The translations under genes were made by a program, and so were the position numbers. Below, one piece after another: positions 8,107 to 18,415 of a stretch of DNA of 61,970 bases. The stretch is from positions 1 through 61,970 of the forward strand of contig CALBPV010000002.1 in the NCBI GenBank assembly GCA_937899265.1, read 5' to 3'. How positions within the stretch are numbered: the stretch's first letter is position 1; every line of letters begins with the position of its first letter. The DNA is from an uncultured Bacteroidales bacterium. Lineage in GTDB: Bacteria > Bacteroidota > Bacteroidia > Bacteroidales > UBA3663. The notes beneath the pieces are model-generated. The model ran no database searches and was not told where the DNA came from. It saw nothing but the letters and a program-made list of their open reading frames with translations.

Positions 8107-11100
8107 CTCTTTTTTACATTAAAGAATATAGCATAGAGAACCGGAATGATGACCAGCGTGATGATGGTTCCAACGAAGAGACCGCCCATGATGGTCACAG
8201 CCATGGAACCGAAGAAAGCATCGGGCACCAGCGGCACCATACCGAGAATTGTGGTCAAAGCGGCCATCATCACAGGGCGAAGACGGGAGAGAGAAGCATC
8301 GATGAGACACCGGTAGGGATCTTTGCCCGTGGATATTTGGAGACGAATCTCGTCCATGAGCACGATGCCGTTCTTGAGCATCATGCCAATGAGACCCAAG
8401 ACACCCACGATAGCCACGAATCCGAACGTTTTGCCGGAAATCAAGACAGAGGGAATGACGCCTATCAGAATCATCGGGATGCAGCAGAAGAGAATCACGG
8501 GCGACTTGTAGTCCTTGAAAAGGAGAATGAGAATGGCGATGATGAGAATGATGGCCAAGGGGAAGTTGCGGAAGAGGTACTTCATGGATTGGGTCGAAGC
8601 CTCAGCCTCGCCGCCCCACGAGAAAGAATAGCCGTCGGGAAGCTGCAATTCGCGTTCAAGCGCTGCCTCGACCTCACGACGCGCCTCCTCGGTACCCATT
8701 TCGGCCACGGGGGAGCACTGGACACGCTGAGCACGTTTGCCATTGTAGCGTATCACGAGCGGATCTTCCCATTCGACGTGGACGCCGTCGGCCACTTGGC
8801 GTAGGGGCACCATGCGCATGACCTCCTCGAGGATTTCCTCCTTGGAGATAGCTCCTGTGGCATAGCCCATAATGGTCTCCTCGGTGAGGACACCGAAAAT
8901 GTTGGGCAGCAAACCGAAGACAGTGGCGTCCTCAAGGCGGTCGATGGGATTACCGTCTGCATCGACACATTTAATGTATATGGGAACGTTGTGGATACCC
9001 TCATAGAAAGAACTGGCGGGAATACCGTCGGTAGCGGCCAGTATGGAGGTGGCCACCTCCCTGCGGGAAAGACCCACTTCGCGGGCATTCTGTTGGTTGT
9101 AATCGACGACCAACACCGGCTGACGCGGACCCCAATCGGTGGTGATGAGACGCACTGCTCCGGTGCGCAGCATGATGGCTCGGCAGGAATCGCTCAAGGC
9201 ATGGAGCACGGCAGGATCCGAGCCCTCGAACTTGACCTCGATGGGGTATTTCTTGTACATGAGGTTGTATCGCTTCAGCTTCACGTACGCATCGGGGAAC
9301 ATGCGGGAGAGTTCCGTCTGGATTTCCTCCATATTGGACACGAGGGCATCGGGGGACTCGAAATCGATAATCAATTCGCCGTAAGACAGGGAAGGCGAAG
9401 CGATGGAACGCACGAGATTGTAGCGGGAAGGTGTTCCACCGGTAGAAGCGGTGATGTGGCGTATCTCGGGACGTTTGCGGAGCCACGACTGAATCGAATC
9501 CAAATCGGAGGCAATGCGCGTCCAGTTGGTTCCTTCCGGCATTTTGTACTCCAGATAAAGCTGGTCGTAGGTCATGTCGGGGAAGAATCCCTGAGGCAGG
9601 AAGCGATAGCAATAGCCTGCGAAAACCAGGGCACCCAGAAGCAGGGCGACCGTAGCCCACCGGAAACGGATAGCGAGAACGAGGAAACTGCGCAAGCCTC
9701 GGTAGATCTTTCCTGTATATGGTCCGGGGTCATCTTCACTGGGAGCGGTGACAGCCGAGGCATCCACGGCCTCGAAAGCGATGGTCTGCTGGGTATCGGC
9801 TTCCTCATCGTCAGCCTCCTTGCGACCGGCATGGCTGTCGCGGGGGCGTTCTTTGTCCTCACTCTTCTCCATGATGACATCGGGCAAAGTATGAAGACGT
9901 CGCTGGCGACGCAAGCGTCGCAGGCGATATTCGCGGGCCAGAAGGTCCTGCCAGTTGCGTTTCTTCCGATAGAATGCAACACCGGCCATGAGCGGCACAT
10001 GCACCAAAGCCAGAATCCAAGAAAGGAGGAGCGAAATGGCAATGACGATAAAGAGGTCGCGCACGTATGTGCCCGTAGTATCGGGCGACATGAAAATGGG
10101 AAGGAAGGCCAGAATCGCAATCAACGTGGCCCCGAGCAGCGGCATGGCGGTCTGCCGTCCGATAGACGTAAGAGCCTCCAGACGGGGTTTTCCCTGGCTG
10201 CGGGCCACCAGAATACCGTCCACAATCACAATGGCGTTATCGACCAGCATGCCCATGGCCAGAATGAACGAACCGAGAGACACACGCTGCAAAGTTCCGT
10301 CTTGGGAATTGAGGACGAGAATCGAACCCGCAACGATGACCACCAAAGAAGCACCGATGATGAGACCGGACTTGAGACCCATGGTAAAGATGAGAACCAC
10401 AACGACGAGGATGACAGACTCGAGCAAGTTAATCATGAACGTACCCAAGGCATCGCTGACGCGTTCGGGTTGGAAAAACACCTGATGGAACTCCACACCG
10501 ACGGGCAAGCGGGACTGGCGACACTGTTCCATGACCGTCTCAACCTTGCTTCCGATTTTGGTTATGTCGGTGCCGGAAGTCGCGGAGATGGAAATACCGA
10601 GGGCACGCTGTCCGTCGTAGGACATCGAATTGCGGACGGGGTCCGCATATCCCATCGTTACATCGGCAATATCATGAAGACGTATCTGGTCATCCTCATG
10701 GCCTGCAATCAAAAGATTGGCAATATCTTCGGCTGTACGATATTTGTCGCCCACGGTGACACGTACGCGCAAGTCTTTGGCACGATAGTAACCGGAATAA
10801 GCGGTTGTGTTCTGTCCGCTGAGCGTGGTAAGCACCTCCATGGGGGTAACGCCCAGAGACGAAAGACGATCCTGATTGATGGTCACATCTATACACTCCG
10901 TGCGTTTGCCGTAGATGTCGATACGCGACACCCCGTCGATGGCAGACAATTCGCGTTTGAGGAGTTCGGCATAATCGGAGAGTTCACGGTCGGAGAGGCC
11001 GTCGCCCGTGAGTGCATAAAACATGCCGAACACATCGCCGAAATCATCCTTGACCGCAATGGTAGCGCCTTCCGGCAGATTGGCCGAGTTCACCTTGCGT

Positions 11101-11441
11101 CGGAGAATATCCCACGTCTGTTCGAGTTCGTTGCCTTTGACTATACTCTCGAGTTCGACCGTAAGAATGGCCATGTCGGCGAAACAATAGGACTCCACGT
11201 GATGGATGTTCTTCATCTGGCGAATGCTCTTCTCGAGGGGATCGACCATCTCGAGTTCGACCTGATAGGCAGAAGCGCCGGGATAGATGCCCACGACCAA
11301 AGCCTGGCGCACCCGAATCTCGGGGTCCTCCAGTTTAGGCATTATATAATAGGAATAGGCTCCGCCCAACAATAGCACCAGCACGAGGAATGAGACGAGG
11401 CGGTTGTTGTCGAAAGCCCATTTACCGAAATCCAGTTTCAT
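8103..11441 (-). CDS. RND (AcrB/HAE1-type) efflux permease, 1112 aa
   Basis: Twelve-TM RND layout with the conserved GMLVDNAIV motif. ATGA overlaps at both ends. Long charged insertion between TM6 and TM7. Confidence 0.9.
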   Translation of the reverse strand: MKLDFGKWAFDNNRLVSFLVLVLLLGGAYSYYIMPKLEDPEIRVRQALVVGIYPGASAYQVELEMVDPLEKSIRQMKNIHHVESYCFADMAILTVELESIVKGNELEQTWDILRRKVNSANLPEGATIAVKDDFGDVFGMFYALTGDGLSDRELSDYAELLKRELSAIDGVSRIDIYGKRTECIDVTINQDRLSSLGVTPMEVLTTLSGQNTTAYSGYYRAKDLRVRVTVGDKYRTAEDIANLLIAGHEDDQIRLHDIADVTMGYADPVRNSMSYDGQRALGISISATSGTDITKIGSKVETVMEQCRQSRLPVGVEFHQVFFQPERVSDALGTFMINLLESVILVVVVLIFTMGLKSGLIIGASLVVIVAGSILVLNSQDGTLQRVSLGSFILAMGMLVDNAIVIVDGILVARSQGKPRLEALTSIGRQTAMPLLGATLIAILAFLPIFMSPDTTGTYVRDLFIVIAISLLLSWILALVHVPLMAGVAFYRKKRNWQDLLAREYRLRRLRRQRRLHTLPDVIMEKSEDKERPRDSHAGRKEADDEEADTQQTIAFEAVDASAVTAPSEDDPGPYTGKIYRGLRSFLVLAIRFRWATVALLLGALVFAGYCYRFLPQGFFPDMTYDQLYLEYKMPEGTNWTRIASDLDSIQSWLRKRPEIRHITASTGGTPSRYNLVRSIASPSLSYGELIIDFESPDALVSNMEEIQTELSRMFPDAYVKLKRYNLMYKKYPIEVKFEGSDPAVLHALSDSCRAIMLRTGAVRLITTDWGPRQPVLVVDYNQQNAREVGLSRREVATSILAATDGIPASSFYEGIHNVPIYIKCVDADGNPIDRLEDATVFGLLPNIFGVLTEETIMGYATGAISKEEILEEVMRMVPLRQVADGVHVEWEDPLVIRYNGKRAQRVQCSPVAEMGTEEARREVEAALERELQLPDGYSFSWGGEAEASTQSMKYLFRNFPLAIILIIAILILLFKDYKSPVILFCCIPMILIGVIPSVLISGKTFGFVAIVGVLGLIGMMLKNGIVLMDEIRLQISTGKDPYRCLIDASLSRLRPVMMAALTTILGMVPLVPDAFFGSMAVTIMGGLFVGTIITLVIIPVLYAIFFNVKKR

Positions 11442-12502
11442 AGCAAGCCTCCTACATTGGTTTCAGACGGAACGGGGAACGGCTGGGCGGGCTGACCGTC
11501 GGTGAGATTGGAAGCGCCGGAGAGCACCACCTGGTCCCCCGCATGAAGATTGCCCCGGATCTCGGCCATCCCCGAGCCATGGATAAACGTCATTTCGACA
11601 GGGGTACGCCACACATGTCCGTCGCGCCATACAAACACTGCGGGACCCTCCGAACCGGAAACGATGGCAGTGGCCGGCAACTGAATTTCCTGACTTCCCT
11701 CGGCGCGGTAGGAAATGATGACCATGGCAGTCATTCCCGGGGTAATCTCGGGATGATTGCCCTCGATGTCGAGGTGGACCTCATAGAGCTGGTTGACATT
11801 GGCATTGTGGGAGATACTGGTGAGCCGGAGGTCATAGAACTTGTCTTTGATGCTGGCGAAGGAAGCCTTCATGTTCTCGAAACTGTGACGACGGAGATAC
11901 TCAGACACGGGGATGTGGATGACAATCTCCTTCTTTCCCGACGCGAATACGGAAACGATGGGCATACCTGCGCCCACCGTCTCGTGGGCATCGCGAAACA
12001 CTTTCTGTACATAGCCGTCGAAAGGAGCCGTAATGACACAATCGTTCAATTGGTCGCGATGGTGTTGCAACTTTTGGGTAATCTGCTCCAAGCCATAACG
12101 GGCCTTGTCGTAGTTGTTTTGGGAAGTGCCCTCGTCTTCGTAAAGAGCAATGATACGTTCGGCCTGCGCCTTCACCTGGGCATATTCGGCCTCGGTGGCC
12201 TGAAGCTGTACACGATAGTCCCTGTCATCCAAGCGAGCCAAAACCTGTCCGCGGGAAACGTGTTGGCCTTCCTTCACGGGCACCGAAGCCAAGGTACCGC
12301 TGACACGGAAAGCCACACTGGAGGTTTCGACCGAATGGGTTTTGCCGGGATAGCTGGTCGATGGCAAGTTGTTGACCTTTTCAACGGTGGTGAGCCTAAC
12401 CAAGGGGACGGCCACTTCGGCCTTCTCCTTACTGCCGCAAGCGGAGAGAAAGGCCCAAGCCAAAGTCAAGCATAAAAGAGCTCTAAAAGATTTCATAAAC
12501 AT
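11438..12502 (-). CDS. efflux RND periplasmic adaptor (MFP/HlyD family) lipoprotein
   Basis: Barrel-sandwich and lipoyl-type motifs (GQVLARLDDRDY..). Start moved to ATG 12502 or 12496 (MFMKSFRALLCLTLAWAFLSA-C lipobox). Confidence 0.85.
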   Translation of the reverse strand: MFMKSFRALLCLTLAWAFLSACGSKEKAEVAVPLVRLTTVEKVNNLPSTSYPGKTHSVETSSVAFRVSGTLASVPVKEGQHVSRGQVLARLDDRDYRVQLQATEAEYAQVKAQAERIIALYEDEGTSQNNYDKARYGLEQITQKLQHHRDQLNDCVITAPFDGYVQKVFRDAHETVGAGMPIVSVFASGKKEIVIHIPVSEYLRRHSFENMKASFASIKDKFYDLRLTSISHNANVNQLYEVHLDIEGNHPEITPGMTAMVIISYRAEGSQEIQLPATAIVSGSEGPAVFVWRDGHVWRTPVEMTFIHGSGMAEIRGNLHAGDQVVLSGASNLTDGQPAQPFPVPSETNVGGLL

Positions 12503-12690
12503 ACACCTTATTACATATATTACAACAGCTAATTCAGAATACTCGGGGATGAAGAGTTGTCGAAAACAGTGTGCAAAGATAGCTTTTTTTTCGGATAAAA
12601 GCGAAATTTTGTGCATAAAAACGCACTAAATATAAGTTTTTTTGCACTTTTGGGAAGAGTTTTAAAAGAATTTTGAGGATTCAGGAGCCA

Positions 12691-13701
12691 TTATATCCGA
12701 ATTTGGAGCTCCGTTTCATAGCGTCCCTTTCCTGTCGGACCGACCGAAAGGCTATAGTTGTCGGGATAGAGAAGCTCCAGACGGCGACGCAGGGTATTGA
12801 GTCCCAATCCGTGGCTTCCGGAATGGGAGGGCGGCGCGGAGGGGAGATTGTTGTCGGAACGAAAACGGAGGATGCCATCCCTCTCGGACAGCGAGAGGCG
12901 GATGGCTCCGGACTCGTTGAGATTTCCGCAATGTTTGAAACAATTTTCCACCAACGGCATAATCAACAGGGGCGCGATGCGAGCCTGCGGATTCTCGACC
13001 TCGGGAGTCCACTGCAGGGCATCATCGACCGGCATCCGCAAACGCTGGAGGGCCACCAGTTGGGACAGATGTTGCTGTTCTTCGTCCAGCGAGACACTTT
13101 CCTGACGGGAAGCATAAGTGAGATAACGCATGAGGTCGGAAAGATTGCCCACCGCCCGGGAGGCACGATCGCGATCCAGCCAAATGAGCGCATCGATATT
13201 GTTCAACGTATTGTAAAGGAAGTGCGGATTGAGTTGGGCCTTGAGGAGGCGGTTTTCGTTCTGGGCATTGAGCAGGCGTATCTCGTGGAAATTCTGTCCC
13301 AAAAGGATACTCCACAGGGCAGCCACCGTGAGAAGGGCGCAAAAGACATAGAAGAGGACTTCGAGCCAAGGCACCAGCTGCCGGACGGAGTCACTGAGGA
13401 GAGCCCACATCCACCGAAAAGTGACCACCAGAGCCACACCCATGACGATGACGGCCCAACACTTGAGCGAGAGCCAAAGCATCTGCCTTGTGGAGAGCAA
13501 GAGACCGGAACTCTTCATCATCCTCTCGGACAGCAGCAACCAAAGATGGACGATACCGATGGCCGTAACGAACAGCACCATCAACATCATGGGAATCAAA
13601 ATAATCACCCACGACAAGTCAGCCTCAAACAATGCGTTGAGGAGCCAGGCGGAGAATATCGCACCGACAATGATGTAGAGCAGGGACGAAAGGAATCGCA
13701 T
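12691..13701 (-). CDS. LytS/YehU-type sensor histidine kinase, 336 aa
   Basis: Multi-TM N-terminus. His_kinase motif LNPHFLYNTLN. HATPase motifs LVENCFKH and GLGL. Confidence 0.8.
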   Translation of the reverse strand: MRFLSSLLYIIVGAIFSAWLLNALFEADLSWVIILIPMMLMVLFVTAIGIVHLWLLLSERMMKSSGLLLSTRQMLWLSLKCWAVIVMGVALVVTFRWMWALLSDSVRQLVPWLEVLFYVFCALLTVAALWSILLGQNFHEIRLLNAQNENRLLKAQLNPHFLYNTLNNIDALIWLDRDRASRAVGNLSDLMRYLTYASRQESVSLDEEQQHLSQLVALQRLRMPVDDALQWTPEVENPQARIAPLLIMPLVENCFKHCGNLNESGAIRLSLSERDGILRFRSDNNLPSAPPSHSGSHGLGLNTLRRRLELLYPDNYSLSVGPTGKGRYETELQIRI

Positions 13702-13731
13702 CGGAGAGAAGGGCAGAGGGGAAGGGGGGGC

Positions 13732-16224
13732 TCAGAGGAGTTTGCGCTCAGCCCCGGGTTTGAGAGAGACAGACCAGGAACGTTTTCCTTGACGGAGCTG
13801 CAACCGGGCCTTGTCCGCACGGAGGGATTTGACCGACAGTGCGGTAATCAGACCGTCGCGCCAAGAGAAGGAGACCTCAAAACCGCCACGCACACGCACT
13901 CCCCGAAGGGAACCCGCAGCCTTCCATGCGCGGGGCAGTGCAGGCAACAGTTCCACTCCGTCAACGAGCGAGGACTGGACGAGCATTTCCATCACACCGG
14001 CCGTCCCCCCGAAATTGCCGTCAATTTGGAAGGGCGGATGGGCATCGAAAAAATTGGGATAGGTTCCCCCGCGATGGACACGGTCGGGACCTTGATAATC
14101 ATCCGGGGTCACATAACTGAGCAGGCGATGATAGATTCTGTAGGCAGCCTCGCCGTCGCGCAGGCGGGCATAGAGATTCACACGCCAACCCGTGGACCAG
14201 CCCGTGGTATTGTCGCCCTTGATTTCCAGTGTTTTGGCACAAGCCTTGGCGAGTTCGGGCGTTTTGTCGGGTGTAATCTGATGGCCCGGGAAGAGTCCGA
14301 AGAGATGGCTCTGATGGCGATGGCAGGGATCCTGGTCTTCCCAGTCGTGATACCATTCCTGCAAGTTGCCCTTGACCCCGATTCTGTAGGGCAAGAGACG
14401 GTCGATGGTCTGTTGGAGCCGGTTCTGATAGGAACGGTCGAAATTCAAGACTTGGGCAGCAAGCAAAGCATCGGTAAGACATTCACGGATGATGGCAATG
14501 TCGGCAGTGGCGCCATAGAGCACAGAGCCCTCATATCCGTCGGCCAATTTGTATTTGTTCTCGGGAGAAGTGCCGGGAGCCGTGAGCAGGAAGCCGTCTT
14601 TTTCGACCAGCCATCCCATACAGAAATCTGCAGCCCCTTTCAAAACCGGGAAAGACTCCTCGAGAAAAGACCTGTCCATCGTGAAGGCATAATGTTCCCA
14701 AAGATGGGTGGCGAGCCATGCGCCGCCCATCGTCCAACAAGCCCAAGAGGGATCGCCCTGCTGCATTCCGACGGGACAGGTCATGGCCCAAATGTCGGTA
14801 TTGTGACCGAGATTCCATCCTTCCTGCACGCCGTAATAGGCCCTGGCAGAAGCCTGGCCTGTAGCGGGCAATTGAGCAATGAAACCCGTCAGGGATTCGT
14901 CCGCCTCGGCCAAATTCCCGGTCAAAGCAGGCCAATAGTTCTCCTCCACATTGATGTTGGCTGTGTAGTTGGAAGACCACGGCGGGGTGATATATTCGTT
15001 CCAAAGACCTTGAAGATTGGCCGGCACATTGGGCGTACGGGACGATGCAATCAAGAGATACCTTCCGTACTGGAAATAGAGTTCCTCGAGATCGGGGTTT
15101 GCCTCGGCTCCTGGCTCCGAATAGAGACGGAGTTGCCGGTCGGTAGGTTTGGCGGCCAGTTCTGCATCGGTGGTTCCGAGATCGATGGAAAGACGGGAGA
15201 AAAGCTTCTGATAATCGTCCAAGTGACGGCTGAGCAGGAGGTCGAATCCTTTGGCCGCTGCCGAGTCGATGCGAGCGACAGCACTCTGCTGATACTCCCG
15301 CCCCACTCCCACCGGATTGCGGTGCGCTCCGTTGAAGGAAGAGACGTTGGTGATATAAAGCGTGAGTTCACGGGCATCTTTCACACGAAGCTCGTCGGTA
15401 TAGGGGGCTTCAACGACACCGTCTGTAACCACACGAATCAAGGTGCGGAAATGAATGCCACGATTGGGGTCGGAGCTATGGGTTTTCTGTCCGCGATTGA
15501 CATAAGACGGCATAGACGTATAGCTGCAATAGCCGTCGATGCAAAGTTCACCGCTGTGGCCCGTGGGACCGCGGTCATGGCGCAAAACGCGATAAAACTT
15601 GGAGCTTTCGCCCTTGGCATCGTCCATCACGCAGGCCTGTGTCTGGGTCTCGAGCATCGAATGGAAACGAATGGAACGGTTGACGGTCTCGCCGTTTTGC
15701 GACCTCCAGCGATAGACAATCACCGAGTCGGGAGCCGAGGCAAAGGCTTCCCTGCGGGTTTCTCCCTGTCCGGTCGAACAGTCAATTCTGACGGTGGCTG
15801 TTTCCAAATCCAGACAACGCATGTAGCCGGTGACCTCCCCTCCGGCAGAGAGATTCCTCATGGAGAGCGTCCCCAGGGGCTGGTAGTTTTGGGAATAGTG
15901 TCCCTGGACTTTGCGATTGAGTTCATTCGCCTCTTTGTATTTTTCGGCAAAAAGCAGTTGGCGGATTTCCCGAATATAAGTATGGGCATCGGGTGTAAAT
16001 ACCGCCGTGTCGGGTTCGCCGGTCCAAAGCGTAATGTCGTTGAGGGAGATGCGTTCCTCATCGTTGCCTCCATAAATAACGGCACCCAAGTTGCCGTTGC
16101 CTATCACGAGACTTTCTTCGAAATAGGTCGCGGGCTTGTCATAACGAAGGGACAATGCGGAGACGGGATTGGCCTGAAGGGACAAACCCGTTGTCAAGAA
16201 AAGTACAACAAACAGGATTCTCAT
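13732..16224 (-). CDS. glycoside hydrolase family 95 (alpha-L-fucosidase-like), ~830 aa
   Basis: Typical GH95 N-terminus LRYDKPA..ESLVIGNGNLGAVIYGG..ISLNDITLWTGEP. Start set at ATG 16224 (MRILFVVLFLTTGLSLQA signal). Confidence 0.85.
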   Translation of the reverse strand: MRILFVVLFLTTGLSLQANPVSALSLRYDKPATYFEESLVIGNGNLGAVIYGGNDEERISLNDITLWTGEPDTAVFTPDAHTYIREIRQLLFAEKYKEANELNRKVQGHYSQNYQPLGTLSMRNLSAGGEVTGYMRCLDLETATVRIDCSTGQGETRREAFASAPDSVIVYRWRSQNGETVNRSIRFHSMLETQTQACVMDDAKGESSKFYRVLRHDRGPTGHSGELCIDGYCSYTSMPSYVNRGQKTHSSDPNRGIHFRTLIRVVTDGVVEAPYTDELRVKDARELTLYITNVSSFNGAHRNPVGVGREYQQSAVARIDSAAAKGFDLLLSRHLDDYQKLFSRLSIDLGTTDAELAAKPTDRQLRLYSEPGAEANPDLEELYFQYGRYLLIASSRTPNVPANLQGLWNEYITPPWSSNYTANINVEENYWPALTGNLAEADESLTGFIAQLPATGQASARAYYGVQEGWNLGHNTDIWAMTCPVGMQQGDPSWACWTMGGAWLATHLWEHYAFTMDRSFLEESFPVLKGAADFCMGWLVEKDGFLLTAPGTSPENKYKLADGYEGSVLYGATADIAIIRECLTDALLAAQVLNFDRSYQNRLQQTIDRLLPYRIGVKGNLQEWYHDWEDQDPCHRHQSHLFGLFPGHQITPDKTPELAKACAKTLEIKGDNTTGWSTGWRVNLYARLRDGEAAYRIYHRLLSYVTPDDYQGPDRVHRGGTYPNFFDAHPPFQIDGNFGGTAGVMEMLVQSSLVDGVELLPALPRAWKAAGSLRGVRVRGGFEVSFSWRDGLITALSVKSLRADKARLQLRQGKRSWSVSLKPGAERKLL

Positions 16225-16234
16225 ATAAGTCATG

Positions 16235-16708
16235 TTATTTGGCAGTTGGGGCAGTTGGGGCAGTCGGGGCATCCGGGAGTTCGGTCTCATTGTCCTCCTT
16301 CAAATATTCACATTGGATACCAGCCCTGAGCAGGAGTTCGAGACCGTCTTTGATGCGATATTCTTCGCTATAGACGACGCGTCGAATACCGGCCTGGATG
16401 ATAAGTTTACTGCACTCTATGCAGGGAGACGCCGTCACATAAAGTGTAGCTCCTTCGCTGCTGTTATGGGATTTGGCGATTTTGGTGATGGCATTTGCCT
16501 CGGCATGGAGCACGTAGGGTTTGGAAACGTTGTTATCGTCCTCACATCCGTTTTCGAACCCGTGAGGAGTTCCGTTGTAGCCATCGGAAATAATCATCTG
16601 ATTCTTGACCAACAGACATCCCACCTGACGTCGTTTGCAGTAGGAATTTTCTGCCCATATACGCGCCATCCGAAGGTATCGGCGATCCAATTGTTCTTGT
16701 TTCGGCAT
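16235..16708 (-). CDS. dCMP deaminase (ComEB-type cytidine/deoxycytidylate deaminase)
   Basis: Zinc motifs HAEANA and PCIECSKLI. The C-terminal tail PDAPTAPTAPTAK is encoded by a 9-bp repeat. Confidence 0.85.
   Translation of the reverse strand: MPKQEQLDRRYLRMARIWAENSYCKRRQVGCLLVKNQMIISDGYNGTPHGFENGCEDDNNVSKPYVLHAEANAITKIAKSHNSSEGATLYVTASPCIECSKLIIQAGIRRVVYSEEYRIKDGLELLLRAGIQCEYLKEDNETELPDAPTAPTAPTAK
16241..16276 (-). repeat. four 9-bp units (GGCAGTTGG-like)
   Basis: Read directly: ggcagttgg ggcagttgg ggcagtcgg ggcatccgg. Confidence 0.85.
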
Positions 16709-16786
16709 ATCAAGTCGTTGTCAAAATTATTATTTGACAGAACCAGGCAGGATGTCCGGGAAAGCGGCACCCCGCGATGTTACTGT

Positions 16787-18415
16787 CTATTTCTTCAGTT
16801 CTTCAAGACCTCTCAAATAGGTGGCATCCCCTTGGTTGTAGGCCTGATAGTAATAATCCTGTTTGAGTTGGCGGAGGATATGCGCCGTGACGAGCCTCTC
16901 GAGGAAAGGTCCGCTCTTGGCCAGTTCGGCTGACGAAGGCTGCACTCCGGCTTTGGCTGCAAACCGGAGGAAATCCTTCCATGCGCCTTTCTCTTTTACG
17001 TAGGCATAGGCCGATGCAAAATCTTCGTACAGGGAGAGTTCGTTCTGGTGCTCCACCTTCCATCGGAAAGCAAAGGTGAAATAGAGGTTCTTGGAGATAC
17101 ACTGATCGTAGAATTTGGAGACATGGCTGGTATCACTCGGCACAAATACATCGGGCATAATGCCGCCACCGCCATAGACGGTACGGCCACCGACGGTCGT
17201 ATATTTGAGAGAATCGGCCAAATGGATGCTGTCGGCGCTGTAGAACTCTCCATTCTCAAAGCGATGGACGATATCCATGCTGTAATCCTGCCCGTCGCCC
17301 ATGGTGTAGGGTTTCTGGATGCAACGACCCGAGGGCGTATAGTAGCGAGCCATCGTGAGTCGGAGAGCAGAACCGTCGTTGAGTTCAAACTGTTGCTGAA
17401 CCAATCCTTTTCCGAAACTGCGACGTCCCACGATAGTACCCCTGTCGTTGTCCTGAATGGCTCCTGCAAAAATTTCGGATGCCGAAGCAGACCATTCGTC
17501 GATGAGCACCACGAGTTTGTCCTCCTGCAAATTGCCTTGTCCGTTGGCATCCACATCCCGACGGGGAGAACTGTTGCCCTCGGTATAGACAATCTTTGCA
17601 TTTTTGGGAAGAAATTCATTGACCATCTGGCAGCACACTTCCATGTATCCGCCTCCGTTGCCCCTGAAATCGAGCAAGTAGCGTTTGGCTCCCTGTGACT
17701 TGAGGCGAATCAAAGCCGTGAAAAATTCGTTGTAGGTATTGGCTCCGAAATTATCAATCTTGATATAGCCGGTCTCATCATCCTGCATATACTGGGCCAC
17801 AACACTGTAGAGCGGGATATCGTCACGCACCACGCTGAAGTGGAAAATCTCGGAAGCATGAGGGCGCATCACACTGAGTTTCACCTCCGAACCCTTCTTG
17901 CCGCGCAGTGTTTTGAGTACCTGATTGTTGTTCACCCCGATAAACGAAGAATCATCGACGGCGACAATACGGTCTCCGGGCTGAATCCCCACCTGTTCGG
18001 AAGGGCCGCCTGCGATGACCTGAACCACCATAACGGTATCCTCCTGGATATTGAATTGAATACCCACGCCGGAGAAAGAGCCTTCCAATTCTTCATTGAT
18101 GCTCTGCAAATCCTTGGCTGGAATGTACATGGAATGGGGGTCCAACTGCTCCACAATGGTAGGAATCGCCTCCTCGACCAACTGATTGAGATTGAGAGTA
18201 TCGACATAATGTTCGCGCAGAAGGTCGAAGAGATAAATCAGCTTGGACGAAGCAACCGACGAAGAAATGCCGCCCCGGACGGCTGAGAACTCTTTCGTGC
18301 CGGGTTCGTAACCTGCAGAAGCTACCGAACGGATTTCGCCCAGCCGGACACCGAACCAGATGAAGAAAGCGATGCAAAAAGCCACAATGAGTGGCATCCA
18401 CGATTTATTGTTCAT
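16787..18415 (-). CDS. S41-family C-terminal processing (tail-specific) peptidase
   Basis: PDZ region (GIQPGDRIVAVD) and S41 catalytic region (GASASEIFAGA.. / GKGLVQ). Confidence 0.85.
   Translation of the reverse strand: MNNKSWMPLIVAFCIAFFIWFGVRLGEIRSVASAGYEPGTKEFSAVRGGISSSVASSKLIYLFDLLREHYVDTLNLNQLVEEAIPTIVEQLDPHSMYIPAKDLQSINEELEGSFSGVGIQFNIQEDTVMVVQVIAGGPSEQVGIQPGDRIVAVDDSSFIGVNNNQVLKTLRGKKGSEVKLSVMRPHASEIFHFSVVRDDIPLYSVVAQYMQDDETGYIKIDNFGANTYNEFFTALIRLKSQGAKRYLLDFRGNGGGYMEVCCQMVNEFLPKNAKIVYTEGNSSPRRDVDANGQGNLQEDKLVVLIDEWSASASEIFAGAIQDNDRGTIVGRRSFGKGLVQQQFELNDGSALRLTMARYYTPSGRCIQKPYTMGDGQDYSMDIVHRFENGEFYSADSIHLADSLKYTTVGGRTVYGGGGIMPDVFVPSDTSHVSKFYDQCISKNLYFTFAFRWKVEHQNELSLYEDFASAYAYVKEKGAWKDFLRFAAKAGVQPSSAELAKSGPFLERLVTAHILRQLKQDYYYQAYNQGDATYLRGLEELKK

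Noticed and set aside
12673-16329. 1,218-aa ORF on the + strand
   Set aside because: It is exactly antisense to the histidine kinase and GH95 genes, both of which have clear family motifs. The product is low-complexity (Gly/Arg/His-rich) with no recognisable domain. Long stop-free antisense frames are expected when the sense genes avoid TTA, CTA and TCA codons.
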